From positions 3,342 to 67,341 of the forward strand of contig JAFUMU010000083.1 in NCBI GenBank assembly GCA_017482495.1: a stretch of DNA of 64,000 nt. The letters run 5' to 3'. The DNA is from Clostridia bacterium (lineage in GTDB: Bacteria; Bacillota; Clostridia; Oscillospirales; CAG-272). The position numbers and the translations under genes were made by a program. The notes beneath the pieces are model-generated. The model was not told where the DNA came from. It did no database searches and was given only the letters and a program-made list of their open reading frames with translations. Shown here piece after piece: positions 47,113-57,159 of this stretch; position 1 is the first letter of the stretch; each line of letters begins with the position of its first letter.

Positions 47113-47140
47113 AAAAAAGGATCCTTTCGGATCCTTTTTT
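47113..47140 (+). terminator. Intrinsic terminator
   Basis: AAAAAAGGATCC-TTTC-GGATCCTTTTTT. Confidence 0.8.
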
Positions 47141-47206
47141 GTTTCCTTCTTTCTTGACGCACATGGCAATTTATGCTATTATCTAAGAAAAAAGGAGGTT
47201 TTTCTT

Positions 47207-47926
47207 ATGTTTGAAAATATAGGCAGAAAAATAATGACATTAGCAGAGATAGTCACATGGCTGGGTATCATCGGATTCATACTATACGGACTTGTAATAA
47301 TGGCGCAGGACGAAGATCTTATTATCGTCGGTTTCCTCGTAATGGGTCTTGGCTCCCTTGGCTCATGGATCGGATCTTTCCTGCTTTACGGCTTCGGTCA
47401 GCTTATTGAAAATACCGAGGAAATGACACGTATTCTTAAAAGCACCAACGCCATCATCTCGTATAATGAAAATTACGCACGCAGGCAAAAGACAACCAAA
47501 AAGGCCACAGATGAGTATTATGATAACGGCAGAGGCGAGAGCGCTCCGACTCCACCATCATATATACCTCCCATAGATGTTTCAGACGTTCACAGTTGGC
47601 GTTGCAGCGGATGCGGAAAAACCATCACCACGGATATCTGCCCCTTCTGCGGCACAAATTCTGTAACAGCATTTCCGTTCTCTGATGAAAGTGAATCCGT
47701 CGAAGTCGAAACTGAGGCCGAAGCTATCAGCGATGAGGATGCTATCGCCAACGCTTACCTTGAGGGCAAAGACCACAATACAAAGGATAAGTTTGCCGAC
47801 GATGATGACTCAGAGATCATTGACGGTCATAACGGAGACTCAGGCTCTGTTAAAATATGCCGCCTGTGCGGCGCAGTCCTTGAGGAGGATAGCCTGTTCT
47901 GTACATCCTGCGGTAATAAATTGTGA
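47207..47926 (+). CDS. Membrane protein with two C-terminal zinc ribbons
   Basis: RBS is AAGGAGG. Two TM helices, then CSGCG..CPFCG and CRLCG..CTSCG. Confidence 0.55.
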   Translation: MFENIGRKIMTLAEIVTWLGIIGFILYGLVIMAQDEDLIIVGFLVMGLGSLGSWIGSFLLYGFGQLIENTEEMTRILKSTNAIISYNENYARRQKTTKKATDEYYDNGRGESAPTPPSYIPPIDVSDVHSWRCSGCGKTITTDICPFCGTNSVTAFPFSDESESVEVETEAEAISDEDAIANAYLEGKDHNTKDKFADDDDSEIIDGHNGDSGSVKICRLCGAVLEEDSLFCTSCGNKL

Positions 47927-47941
47927 TTAATTACGTTTTTT

Positions 47942-48087
47942 GCAGGGAACCTATTAAGTATAGGTTTCCTGTCCTCAAACCTTTTGGTATAGGTGTCTTG
48001 TTGGTGTTTGCAGACATTGCTAAAAAGGTCAGAGAGACAGAGAACATAAGGTGGGGGAATCGCTCTTTTGCAGAGCGGTTCCCCCAC
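47942..48087 (+). repeat. Short form of the intergenic repeat (L module + terminal hairpin)
   Basis: GGGAACCTATTAAGTATAGGTTTCC followed by CTCAAACCTTTTGG. Ends with GTGGGGGAATCGCTCTTTTGCAGAGCGGTTCCCCCAC. Confidence 0.6.
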
Positions 48088-48101
48088 TAAATATATACAT
48101 G

Positions 48102-49031
48102 TTATTCATCAAAAAGAGGTGTAGAGAAGTAGCGCTCCGCTGTGTCGGGAAGGATGGTTACAACAGTTTTGCCGGGGCCAAGCTTCTTTGCCAGTTTGAG
48201 CGCTGCGCAAACATTGGTGCCGGCGGAGATGCCGCACATAATACCCTCCCTTGCCGCCAGATCTCTCGCAGTACCGATAGCCTCGTCGTCGGTGATGATA
48301 CATATCTCTGAATAGATATCGCAATTCAGAATAGGAGGAATAAGTCCGTCGCCGATGCCCATCTGAATGTGAGTTCCTATATTACCGCCTGCAAGGATAG
48401 CCGCATTTTCGGGCTCAACTGCCCATATCTCCATGTCGGGATTCTTCGACTTGAGAGTTTCGCCGATACCTGTGATAGTTCCGCCGGTGCCAATACCTGA
48501 GCAGAAGCCGTCAATAGGTCCGTCCACCTGAGAAAGAAGCTCAATGCCTGTGTTGGAGCGGTGAACAGCAGGGTTGGCAGGATTTTCAAACTGCTGAGGA
48601 ACGAAAACGTTGGGATTCTCTCTTGCCATTCTGAGAGCTGTTTCGAGACACTCTTCGATACAGAGACCGATATTTCCCGCATCATGTATAAGGATAACCT
48701 CGGCACCGTAGTGACGCACCAGCTTTCTTCTTTCTTCGCTTACAGAATCGGGCATGATGATAATAGTCTTATATCCTTTAACTGCACCCACAAGAGCAAG
48801 ACCGATGCCCTGGTTGCCGCTTGTAGGCTCAACGATAATGGTATCCTTGTTAATAAGCCCTCTCTGTTCAGCATCAAGGATCATATTGTATGCAGTTCTT
48901 GTTTTGATAGAGCCTCCCACATTAAGTCCTTCAAACTTAACAAGCACGCGTGCCATATCCGGTGTTGTCATTCTGGAAAGCTGTATCACGGGAGTATTTC
49001 CCATAGCCTCAAGTATATTGTTATATATCAT
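48102..49031 (-). CDS. cysK: Cysteine synthase A (O-acetylserine sulfhydrylase)
   Basis: Contains GGSIKTRTA (PLP Lys region), TSGNQGIGLA and GTGGTITG. Confidence 0.9.
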   Translation of the reverse strand: MIYNNILEAMGNTPVIQLSRMTTPDMARVLVKFEGLNVGGSIKTRTAYNMILDAEQRGLINKDTIIVEPTSGNQGIGLALVGAVKGYKTIIIMPDSVSEERRKLVRHYGAEVILIHDAGNIGLCIEECLETALRMARENPNVFVPQQFENPANPAVHRSNTGIELLSQVDGPIDGFCSGIGTGGTITGIGETLKSKNPDMEIWAVEPENAAILAGGNIGTHIQMGIGDGLIPPILNCDIYSEICIITDDEAIGTARDLAAREGIMCGISAGTNVCAALKLAKKLGPGKTVVTILPDTAERYFSTPLFDE

Positions 49032-49062
49032 AAACCTGTTTCCTTTAAAATGAATCCTTTAC

Positions 49063-49091
49063 ATTATACACAACTTTTTCCGCTTTTGCAA
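49063..49091 (-). promoter_or_regulatory. Sigma-A type promoter of cysK
   Basis: Minus strand: TTGCAA, 17 bp spacer, TATAAT. Confidence 0.65.
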
Positions 49092-49156
49092 CCGTATGCA
49101 GAAAATTGTTTGTATATTGACAAAATTTATTAGCACCACAGTTAACGGAAATCCTG

Positions 49157-49185
49157 TTGAAATGAGACTTTGAATGTGTTATAAT
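49157..49185 (+). promoter_or_regulatory. Sigma-A type promoter
   Basis: TTGAAA, 17 bp spacer, TATAAT. The track start ATG at 49184 lies inside the -10 box, which supports the later start. Confidence 0.65.
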
Positions 49186-49222
49186 GAAGGATAATAATGG
49201 CCAAAGGAGAAAAAACAAGTTT

Positions 49223-50350
49223 ATGAAAATATTGCACACAGGAGATCTGCATCTTGACAGCCCTTTTTCAAGCCTTTCAGGGGAATTGGCGCAGAAGGCT
49301 AAAGCTGAGCTGAGAAACACATTTTCAAGTATGCTTTCTTATGCAAAAGAAGCAGAAACAGACCTTATACTCATCTCCGGCGACCTTTTCGATTCAGGCT
49401 TTGCCACAAGGGAAACTGCAGCACTTATCACAAGAGGATTTGAAAGCGTAAGCTGTCCCATAATCATATCTCCCGGCAACCACGATTGCTACAGTGATAA
49501 CAGCATATGGAAATACATGAGCTTTCCCGACAACGTTTACATATTCAGCTCATCAGAGCTTTCATATTTTGATTTTCCCCACCTGGGAGCACGAGTCTAC
49601 GGCTACGCATTTGAAAGTCCCTCAATGAAGATATGTCCCCTCTCCGGAAAAACAGTTGAGGACAAAAGCATCATCAATATACTATGCGCACACGGAGATA
49701 CCTCATCTCCGCTGTCTCTCTATTGCCCCATAACCTCAGGGGATCTTGTTAGCTTCGAAGCAGACCATGCAGCTCTCGGTCATATCCACAATCCCGAAGC
49801 CGCCAACGAAGCGCTTCGCTCCAAGGGGATATCAGCAGTTTATTGCGGATGTCCTCAGGGCAGAGACTTCGGAGAAACAGGAATAAAAGGAGCTCTCCTT
49901 ACCGAAATAGAAAAATCAGGTGAAAAAACACAGGTAAATACCACCTTTATCCCCTTTTCCAAAAAGGTATATAAGGAAATACAGCTTGAGCTTGACGGAG
50001 CTGAGACCACAGCGGATATCATAAGTGAGCTTCGCACCCGTATATCTGAGGAAGCTCCCGATGAAAACACTGTTTTGCGCGCAGAGCTGTGCGGATATAT
50101 ATCCCCCCGACTTGCAGTGGTATGCAGCGAGATCGAGGAGGCTTGTAAAGATGGGCTGTGCTCCATTACAGTTACCAACAACACTGTACCAATGCTTTCA
50201 TCAGAAGAATTGGAGCTTGACCGAGGCATCAGAGGAGAAGTCTATAGACTTCTGTCCCCCACGATTGAAAACGGAAGCAAGGAAGAAAGAAACGAAGCTC
50301 TCGGCGCCCTCAGATATGCTCTCAGCGCGCTCAGTGGCGAAAATATATAA
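49223..50350 (+). CDS. SbcD/Mre11-type metallophosphoesterase nuclease (YhaO-like)
   Basis: MKILHTGDLHLD, ISGDLFD and GNHD motifs. Confidence 0.8.
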   Translation: MKILHTGDLHLDSPFSSLSGELAQKAKAELRNTFSSMLSYAKEAETDLILISGDLFDSGFATRETAALITRGFESVSCPIIISPGNHDCYSDNSIWKYMSFPDNVYIFSSSELSYFDFPHLGARVYGYAFESPSMKICPLSGKTVEDKSIINILCAHGDTSSPLSLYCPITSGDLVSFEADHAALGHIHNPEAANEALRSKGISAVYCGCPQGRDFGETGIKGALLTEIEKSGEKTQVNTTFIPFSKKVYKEIQLELDGAETTADIISELRTRISEEAPDENTVLRAELCGYISPRLAVVCSEIEEACKDGLCSITVTNNTVPMLSSEELELDRGIRGEVYRLLSPTIENGSKEERNEALGALRYALSALSGENI

Positions 50351-50362
50351 GAAGGAGCTATC

Positions 50363-52615
50363 ATGCAGATAAAAACAATACATATCGACTCCTTCGGAGG
50401 AGTCAGAGACCTGACTCTCGAACTGAAGCAGGGACTCAATATTCTTGAGGGAAAAAACGAAAGCGGCAAAAGCTCCGTTGCAATGTTTATCAAATTCATC
50501 TTCTACGGTCTTTCAGGCAGAGGGGTCGACGGCAAGATGAGCGAGAGAAGCAGATACGTCAACTGGGAAAGCGGAAGTGCCGCAGGATATATAATTCTCG
50601 AAAAAAACGGCATTACATACAAAATATCCCGTGAGCTTTACGTCTCGGACGATGCCACCAGAGAAAGAGTTAACATAACTGATACAGAAACAGGCGAAAA
50701 GCTGTTCAAGGGAGAATGTCCCGGAGTTGCACTGTTGGGTATGCCTGAGCAGATGTTTTACAACTCAGTTTTCGTACGTCAGCTTTCCGATGCCTCAATT
50801 GACGGAAACGGTATGAGCGAGGCTATAGAAAACATCCTCTATTCCGGAGACGAGGAGGTAAGTACAAGACGCGCACTTGAAAAGCTGGAAAAATCAAGAA
50901 AATCTCTACTTCATAAAAACGGCAACGGCGGCAGAATATACGAGCTGCGCCGCGAGATAGCAAGACTTGAAGCATCTCTCAGTGAGGCTGTGGCAAACAA
51001 TGCTGAAATAATGCAGAATGAATACCTTGTGGCAGACAGCGCAAGGCTCATCGCCTCAAGAGAAAAGCATGCAGAGGAGCTGGAGGAAATACTTGAATGT
51101 CACGACAAGCTGGCAAGACTTGCTTCTCTTGAAGAACTTGAAAAGCAGGAAGCGGAAATACGCAGGCTTAAGGCTATGCTTGACAGCTTCCCCTCAAGAA
51201 CAGAGCTTGAAGGTGCCTGCGATGAGATGAGAAATGTGTCATCAAAGCGCAGAGAAGCTGAGCTGAAGCTTAAGACCGTCAGGATCAATCTTGCTACACT
51301 TAATAAGACCCTTCCTCCCATGGTTTCAGAGGAGGAAAAGGCGGAGGATAAGCTGGATATAAACACGGCTGCCAAAGCGCTTGGTAAAAGAAAGAGCTGC
51401 TTCGGCATTTCTGTTGCTCTGTTTGTTCTCAGCGTCATTTGCGGAGCAGGAGTATTCTTCCTGCTTGCTGTTGATAAGTCACTTGCTATAATAGCAGGCG
51501 GAGCCGCAGCGGTTATGCTTGCGGTCGCAACAGTCCTGCTGTGCATCAGCATCACTTCTCTAAAAAAATATAACGCCATCCTTGATAAATGGAGAGCAAG
51601 AACCATTGAGGAAATGGTGCATATGGCGGAGGAAAAGGTGGAAAAGGCTCTTCGACTCAGAGGAGAAGGCTCTGAATATGAGACTCTTATGAGAAATGAG
51701 GAGGAAACTGACAGAGAGAGAGAGAGATTGCTTTGCGAGCAAAGAAATCTCTCAGCCAGATTCACCCCCGAGGAACCTGACACAGATACAATGACAGAAA
51801 AGGCTCTCTCAAGAGCCACAGCAACTCTTAGAGAAATGGCGGCAGTCACAAGAGAATATGACACTGCCATGGGTAAGCTGTCAGCTATGGGAGAGAGAAC
51901 TGCCGAGGAAAGAGTCAAGATACGTCTTGACGCCGCAGCTGCACTTGAAACAGAAGCAGGTAAAACAGCTCAAAAGCTCACTCACGCAGAATATGAAAAA
52001 ACTGTAAGGGACAAGGGCTTTTTCAGAAGCAGTACAGACGCACAGAAGCGCCGTCATCAGTCTCTTGAAAAGGAGCTTAGCGCACTGATCGCAGTTGCAG
52101 TATCTCCGGCAGATATATCCATGAAGATAAATGAAGCAAAGGCTGAGCTTGAAGAGCTCAGCGCAAAATATAACGCAGTCGCCCTTGCTATAGATACCAT
52201 AACCAAAGCAAGCGAAAGCCTGAGAGCATCCCTTCTTCCAAGAATAGTTGGAGAAGCGGGAGTTCTTATGGGCGCCTTTACCGCAGGCAAATACACGGGT
52301 CTGGGAGTTGACCGCAACTTTGATATGAGCTATAATCACGGCGGATATCAAAGAGAGGCTGATTTCATGTCAGCCGGTACAAGAGACGCAGCATACCTGA
52401 GCGTGAGAAACGCACTGATGAAAGTGCTTTTCCCGGGAAATGCTCCCTTTGCCGTTTATGATGAAAGCTTTTCAAGAATTGATGAGGAGCGACTTAAGAG
52501 ACTTCTGGATGTGCTGAGCACAGCGGGGGACGAAGGAACACAATCGCTTGTGTTCACCTGCAGAAGTCTTGAAGGACATCTTACGGGAGAAAACATTCCC
52601 ATAATCAAGCTGTAA
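50363..52615 (+). CDS. SbcC/Rad50-like AAA ATPase with central hydrophobic hairpin (YhaN-like)
   Basis: N-terminal Walker A GKNESGKSS, long coiled coils, and a C-terminal signature / Walker B region (FAVYDESFSRID). Confidence 0.75.
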   Translation: MQIKTIHIDSFGGVRDLTLELKQGLNILEGKNESGKSSVAMFIKFIFYGLSGRGVDGKMSERSRYVNWESGSAAGYIILEKNGITYKISRELYVSDDATRERVNITDTETGEKLFKGECPGVALLGMPEQMFYNSVFVRQLSDASIDGNGMSEAIENILYSGDEEVSTRRALEKLEKSRKSLLHKNGNGGRIYELRREIARLEASLSEAVANNAEIMQNEYLVADSARLIASREKHAEELEEILECHDKLARLASLEELEKQEAEIRRLKAMLDSFPSRTELEGACDEMRNVSSKRREAELKLKTVRINLATLNKTLPPMVSEEEKAEDKLDINTAAKALGKRKSCFGISVALFVLSVICGAGVFFLLAVDKSLAIIAGGAAAVMLAVATVLLCISITSLKKYNAILDKWRARTIEEMVHMAEEKVEKALRLRGEGSEYETLMRNEEETDRERERLLCEQRNLSARFTPEEPDTDTMTEKALSRATATLREMAAVTREYDTAMGKLSAMGERTAEERVKIRLDAAAALETEAGKTAQKLTHAEYEKTVRDKGFFRSSTDAQKRRHQSLEKELSALIAVAVSPADISMKINEAKAELEELSAKYNAVALAIDTITKASESLRASLLPRIVGEAGVLMGAFTAGKYTGLGVDRNFDMSYNHGGYQREADFMSAGTRDAAYLSVRNALMKVLFPGNAPFAVYDESFSRIDEERLKRLLDVLSTAGDEGTQSLVFTCRSLEGHLTGENIPIIKL

Positions 52616-52638
52616 CAGGAAAGGGGAAATATACAGGC

Positions 52639-53925
52639 ATGGATACCGATTATCTCAAAAGAGTAGGTCTATATATAGTCAGCGCCGTTATCTCACTGGG
52701 CATAATAGTGTATTTCGGATATCATATCTGGAGCACATTTAAGCCTGATGTAAAAACCGAGCCTGTTATGCAGACTACTGTTACAAAAACCGTGGATTCA
52801 CAGTGCTATATTTTCAGACATGAGCTTCCATTGTCTACCGATTCTGCAGGAGTGCTTGTACCTACAGCCGCAGAGGGAGAAAGAGTTCGCTCCTACGGAG
52901 AGGCTGCAGCCATCTACAGCGATGCTGATGCCGAAACAATACGCCGCATCAAGGAGATAGACGTTCAGACAGAGCTTCTCAGTGAAGCGGCCGCAAACGG
53001 AAATATGACCTTCAAGGATGCGGCAAAAACGGATAACGAGCTTTACGATGTTATGACCCGTATACGGCAGTGCCTTGCAAAGGGTGATGCGGAGGCGGCA
53101 AATATGCTCAGACAGGAGCTCATTTCCGGAGTTAATAAAAAAGAAGTAATTATGGGCAACAGCGGAGATATAGAGCAGAAGCTCAGCGAGCTGAAGACCG
53201 AAAGACAAGAGCTTGTTGAGAGTCTCGGAACAAAAACAGGCTCTGTTACAACATCGAAAAGCGGATTCTACTATAGCACATCAGACGGATTTGAAACTTT
53301 GTTTGACCCCACTGTGTTTGCCTCGTCAGATTATGAGACATTGAGAGCGCTCACCGCAGAATCAGTACCGGAAACCGCGTCAAACGCCGGCAAGGTAGTA
53401 ACGGACTCAAGATGGTATGCAGTGTGCTTTGTGGATAAAGGCATAGGCGCGCTTATGACAGAGGGAGAAAGCAGAAAGGTCTCCTTCCCATATAACGGTC
53501 TTGAGATCGAAATGGAGCTTGAAAATCTTATTCGTGGAGACGACGGATATGCTTGCGTCTTTTCAAGCGATATCATTCCCGATGGATTTGACTATGCAAG
53601 AACCCAGCCTGCGGAAATAGCACTGGCGGAATATACAGGCTTTAAGGTGCGTATAAGTGACGTAAGAATGATAGACGGAAAGCAGGGAGTCTATATCCTT
53701 GACGGAAGCACAGTAAGATTCAGGTTGGTAGTTCCCATAACAGACCATGAGGGCTATTATATTCTTGAAACTGCCCCTGACACAGACAGCTATCCGTCTG
53801 ACGAAGAACAAACATCCGACGGTGAGACTACAGACACAGGAGACAACTACCCGTATCTTAAGCTGCACGATATTATAATCACAGAGGGCACCGGACTCTA
53901 TGACGGACGCATTCTCGGAAAGTGA
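52639..53925 (+). CDS. Membrane-anchored coiled-coil / beta-barrel protein (HlyD-like), unknown function
   Basis: One N-terminal TM helix, a coiled-coil segment and a beta-rich C-terminus. Family call is tentative. Confidence 0.45.
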   Translation: MDTDYLKRVGLYIVSAVISLGIIVYFGYHIWSTFKPDVKTEPVMQTTVTKTVDSQCYIFRHELPLSTDSAGVLVPTAAEGERVRSYGEAAAIYSDADAETIRRIKEIDVQTELLSEAAANGNMTFKDAAKTDNELYDVMTRIRQCLAKGDAEAANMLRQELISGVNKKEVIMGNSGDIEQKLSELKTERQELVESLGTKTGSVTTSKSGFYYSTSDGFETLFDPTVFASSDYETLRALTAESVPETASNAGKVVTDSRWYAVCFVDKGIGALMTEGESRKVSFPYNGLEIEMELENLIRGDDGYACVFSSDIIPDGFDYARTQPAEIALAEYTGFKVRISDVRMIDGKQGVYILDGSTVRFRLVVPITDHEGYYILETAPDTDSYPSDEEQTSDGETTDTGDNYPYLKLHDIIITEGTGLYDGRILGK

Positions 53926-54654
53926 GTGAAAATGGATCAGATAAGGAAAGCTATAATACGCGACAATTATATGCGCGTTATGGAAAAAATAGAGACGGCA
54001 AAGGCGAGAAGCCCCTATCATCAGGAGGTCACCCTCCTTGCCGCAACGAAAACAGTTCCCGCAGAGGAAATAATATACGCAATAGAAGAGCTGGGACTTC
54101 CCGTGGCAGGAGAAAATAAGGTCCAGGAGCTTCTCTCAAAATATGATGAGCTGAAAGGCAAATGCCCCCTTCATATCATAGGTCATCTGCAGACAAATAA
54201 AGTAAAAAGCATCATCGGCAAGGTGGATATGATACAGTCAGTCGACAGTATCAGACTTGCAGAGGAAATAGCTAAGAGAAGCCGTGATGCGGGCGTTGTG
54301 ACAGACGTGCTGTGCGAGATAAATATAGGCCGTGAGGAAAATAAGGGCGGCATAATGCCCGAGGAAACAGAGGAGTTCGTTTCCCGACTTCTGGAAACGG
54401 AAGGCTTACGACTGAGGGGCCTTATGACCATGGCTCCGGTTTGTGAGAAAAATGACGAATATAAAAAATATTTTAGCAAAACATACGATATTTATCTTGA
54501 CATTTTAGGAAAAAAATCGCATAATATAATAGAGCCTATATTATCTATGGGTATGAGCGACAGCTTTGAAGTCGCAATTGAAGAGGGGGCTAACCTTGTA
54601 AGAGTAGGAAGCTCCATATTCGGAAGCAGATTTTATCCCGAGAAGGGCGTATAA
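53926..54654 (+). CDS. YggS/YlmE family PLP-binding protein
   Basis: Contains LLAATKTV (PLP Lys), HIIGHLQTNK and MGMSDSFEVAIEEGANLVRVGSSIFG. The start may be the ATG at 53932. Confidence 0.9.
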   Translation: MKMDQIRKAIIRDNYMRVMEKIETAKARSPYHQEVTLLAATKTVPAEEIIYAIEELGLPVAGENKVQELLSKYDELKGKCPLHIIGHLQTNKVKSIIGKVDMIQSVDSIRLAEEIAKRSRDAGVVTDVLCEINIGREENKGGIMPEETEEFVSRLLETEGLRLRGLMTMAPVCEKNDEYKKYFSKTYDIYLDILGKKSHNIIEPILSMGMSDSFEVAIEEGANLVRVGSSIFGSRFYPEKGV

Positions 54655-54689
54655 TTAAATTTTCATATTAAATACGGAGGTATACTACC

Positions 54690-55220
54690 ATGGGTATCGT
54701 TGATAATATCAGAAAGAGAATGGGCGGTAACGTTGCAGACGACAACTACGATGATGCATACGAGGATGACGGCTACTACGCTGACAACTTCGGTTCATAC
54801 GAAAGCGATGATTCCGACATGAATATGGGAGGAGCAGCTCCTTCTGCAGGCGTTGGAATGGGAACAGGAATGAGCGGCGGCATCAGCCTTTCCGGCAACT
54901 CCGGAAGCGCACTTGAGATGAAGGTCGTTAAGCCCGACTCCTTCGACAGCGTTGCGCAGATCGCTGACCACCTTCTTTCCAAGAGAACTATCGTTCTCAA
55001 CCTTGAGAGCACAAATAAGGAGACAGCACGCCGTCTTATCGACTTCCTTTCCGGCGTAGCATATTCCATCGACGGATCTCTCAAGAAGATCGCATCCAAT
55101 GCATATGTTATCACACCCAGCAACGTAGACGTTGGCGATGCAAAGCTCACACGCAAGGCCCAGGCACCTGCTGCACAGCCTGTTGCTGAAGAGAGCGGCG
55201 ATGAATTCGGCGACTATTAA
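54690..55220 (+). CDS. sepF: Cell division protein SepF
   Basis: Low-complexity N-terminus, then the conserved core VVKPDSFDSVAQIADHLLSKRTIVLNLE...RRLIDFLSG. Confidence 0.9.
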   Translation: MGIVDNIRKRMGGNVADDNYDDAYEDDGYYADNFGSYESDDSDMNMGGAAPSAGVGMGTGMSGGISLSGNSGSALEMKVVKPDSFDSVAQIADHLLSKRTIVLNLESTNKETARRLIDFLSGVAYSIDGSLKKIASNAYVITPSNVDVGDAKLTRKAQAPAAQPVAEESGDEFGDY

Positions 55221-55230
55221 TTAGCCGACT

Positions 55231-56085
55231 TTGAAAAATATCAATAACAAGGTGGGAAATATTCCTGACCTGACCGATGAAGAGCGACTGCTGATTTCGA
55301 GGGCGGCGGAACTTTCCGCACGTTGTGACTATCAAGCAGTCGCATCGTGTTTTTTGTCCCCCCGAGAGCAGAGGATACTGTATGAGACAGGCGTCTCCCA
55401 TGGGGGATTTTTCTATGGAGGCACAAAAGGCGCCTCAAGAAGAAAGCTCATATTTCTGCCGCAGTGGATAGAAGCGGATAAAGGTGTGACGGGCATTTTT
55501 TCCGATGAGCACGAGAATGCCCTCAGAGAAGCGCTTGAAGCATACGGAGCATCAGATATGCTGGACGAATTTTATGTACCGGTACACCTTGTAAGCAGTG
55601 GATATCTGCAGCTCACTCACCGTGATTGGCTGGGCTCTCTTATGTCTTTGGGTATAAAGAGAGAAACTCTTGGGGATATATGCTTTTTCAGTGGAGAAGC
55701 GTACGTTTTTGCCGAGCCGAAGGCGGCGGAATATATCACACTTGAACTGAAAAGAGCCGGCAGAGACAAGGTAAAGGGCGAAATATGTAAGCTTCCCGAA
55801 GGATTTGTACCCGAAACCGATTTTGAAGAAATAAATACCACCGTCGCTTCACCCAGACTTGACGGTATCGTAAGAGCTCTGTGCAATATTTCCCGCGATG
55901 ATGCGTCGGAATCGGTCACATCAGGACTTTGCGAGCTTAATTACTTTATGGAAACAAAGCCTGATGCACAGGTAAAAAACGGCGACGTGATCTCCGTGCG
56001 GGGCTACGGTAAATATATCGTGGACTCAACTGACGGAATAACAAAAAAAGGACGCTGCAGATTGACAGCACGTAAATATATTTGA
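55231..56085 (+). CDS. YlmH-like RNA-binding protein (S4 domain)
   Basis: TTG start. C-terminal S4-like RLDGIVRALCNISRDDASESVTSGLCELN. Position between sepF and divIVA fits. Confidence 0.7.
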   Translation: MKNINNKVGNIPDLTDEERLLISRAAELSARCDYQAVASCFLSPREQRILYETGVSHGGFFYGGTKGASRRKLIFLPQWIEADKGVTGIFSDEHENALREALEAYGASDMLDEFYVPVHLVSSGYLQLTHRDWLGSLMSLGIKRETLGDICFFSGEAYVFAEPKAAEYITLELKRAGRDKVKGEICKLPEGFVPETDFEEINTTVASPRLDGIVRALCNISRDDASESVTSGLCELNYFMETKPDAQVKNGDVISVRGYGKYIVDSTDGITKKGRCRLTARKYI

Positions 56086-56098
56086 CGAGGTATAAACA

Positions 56099-57157
56099 AT
56101 GAATTGTAAGTACGGCTTTAAGGAAGCAAGAAAGGGCTACGATCCTCAGGAGGTCGATGCATATATCGATGAACAGCTTGCCCGCATGACTGCTATGCAG
56201 AAGCAAAATGAAATACTTATGCGTAAGCTGCAGGAGGCAGAGGATAAGCTCAGCACACTTTCAGAGAAAGAACAGTCCCTTCGTAACAGTATTGCAGAAT
56301 CCAAGAGAGGTGCTGCCGCAATGCTCAGCGACGCAAGAACACGCAGTAACACACTTATCGACTCCGCAAGACAGGAGTGCAATAAGATCGTTGACGAGCT
56401 TGACGCAGAGATCGAAAGCCGCTATAAGACCATCGAGGATATGCGAGGCGCAGTTTCCGCATTCAAGAGCGAGCTTTTCAGACTTTACAGCGACCATATT
56501 GAAAATATAGAAGCTCTTGCAGCGGCGGCCGAAGGCTTCACCTATGAGCCTGATTTCACAGCCCTCTCCGAGGCCATCGATGAATTTGAGGAAAGCGGAG
56601 ATGTTGCTCCCGCGCAGATACCCGATTTCCCCGAGATAACAGAGGAAACTGTGGCGGCAGAACTTGAAATGGATGATGAAGATATCGAGGAGCCCGAGCT
56701 TTCACAGCTTGAATTCGGATTTGATGAGTCCGAAGAAACAGAATTTGAACCTGACGCTTCTGAAGAAGAGACATTGCTTTTCTATGACCCCGCAGAGACG
56801 ACTCAGCTTCCCGAGGATGAGCCGGTATTTGCCGCAGAAAAGCCTGAGCGCGAGGAAAAAGAACCGGAAGCCATGAACGAGGATGACGAGCTCTTTAGCT
56901 TTCCCGAGGAAGAAACATCAGATGGGGAAGAACTTGATTTCGTCACAGAGGAAGAAATGTTTGCATTCCTCGACGAAACAGATGAAGATAAAGCGGAAGC
57001 TGAAGAAACAGAGCAGGAGGAGATCTTCGCATTCCCCGAGGAGGAAGCAGAAGTAGACCCCGACGACGATATGTTCATCACAGACAAGGATGAGCATAAG
57101 GATAAAGAAGACCTTTTCAACTTCCTGAAAGATTTCGTTAACGGTACTGAGGAATAA
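56099..57157 (+). CDS. divIVA: DivIVA-domain protein with long acidic tail
   Basis: N-terminus FKEARKGYDPQEVDAYIDE (DivIVA lipid-binding domain), a coiled coil, then about 200 aa rich in D/E. Confidence 0.8.
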   Translation: MNCKYGFKEARKGYDPQEVDAYIDEQLARMTAMQKQNEILMRKLQEAEDKLSTLSEKEQSLRNSIAESKRGAAAMLSDARTRSNTLIDSARQECNKIVDELDAEIESRYKTIEDMRGAVSAFKSELFRLYSDHIENIEALAAAAEGFTYEPDFTALSEAIDEFEESGDVAPAQIPDFPEITEETVAAELEMDDEDIEEPELSQLEFGFDESEETEFEPDASEEETLLFYDPAETTQLPEDEPVFAAEKPEREEKEPEAMNEDDELFSFPEEETSDGEELDFVTEEEMFAFLDETDEDKAEAEETEQEEIFAFPEEEAEVDPDDDMFITDKDEHKDKEDLFNFLKDFVNGTEE

Positions 57158-57159
57158 AT

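Noticed and set aside
46499-47164. 221-aa minus-strand ORF overlapping 46526-47107
   Set aside because: The + strand ORF has a strong RBS, two clean TM helices and a terminator right after its stop. The minus ORF is Cys-rich, has no RBS and extends through that terminator.
51100-51918. 272-aa Ser/Leu/Ala-rich ORF antisense to the SbcC-like ATPase
   Set aside because: It is the low-complexity mirror of a Glu/Leu/Ala-rich coiled coil on the coding strand.
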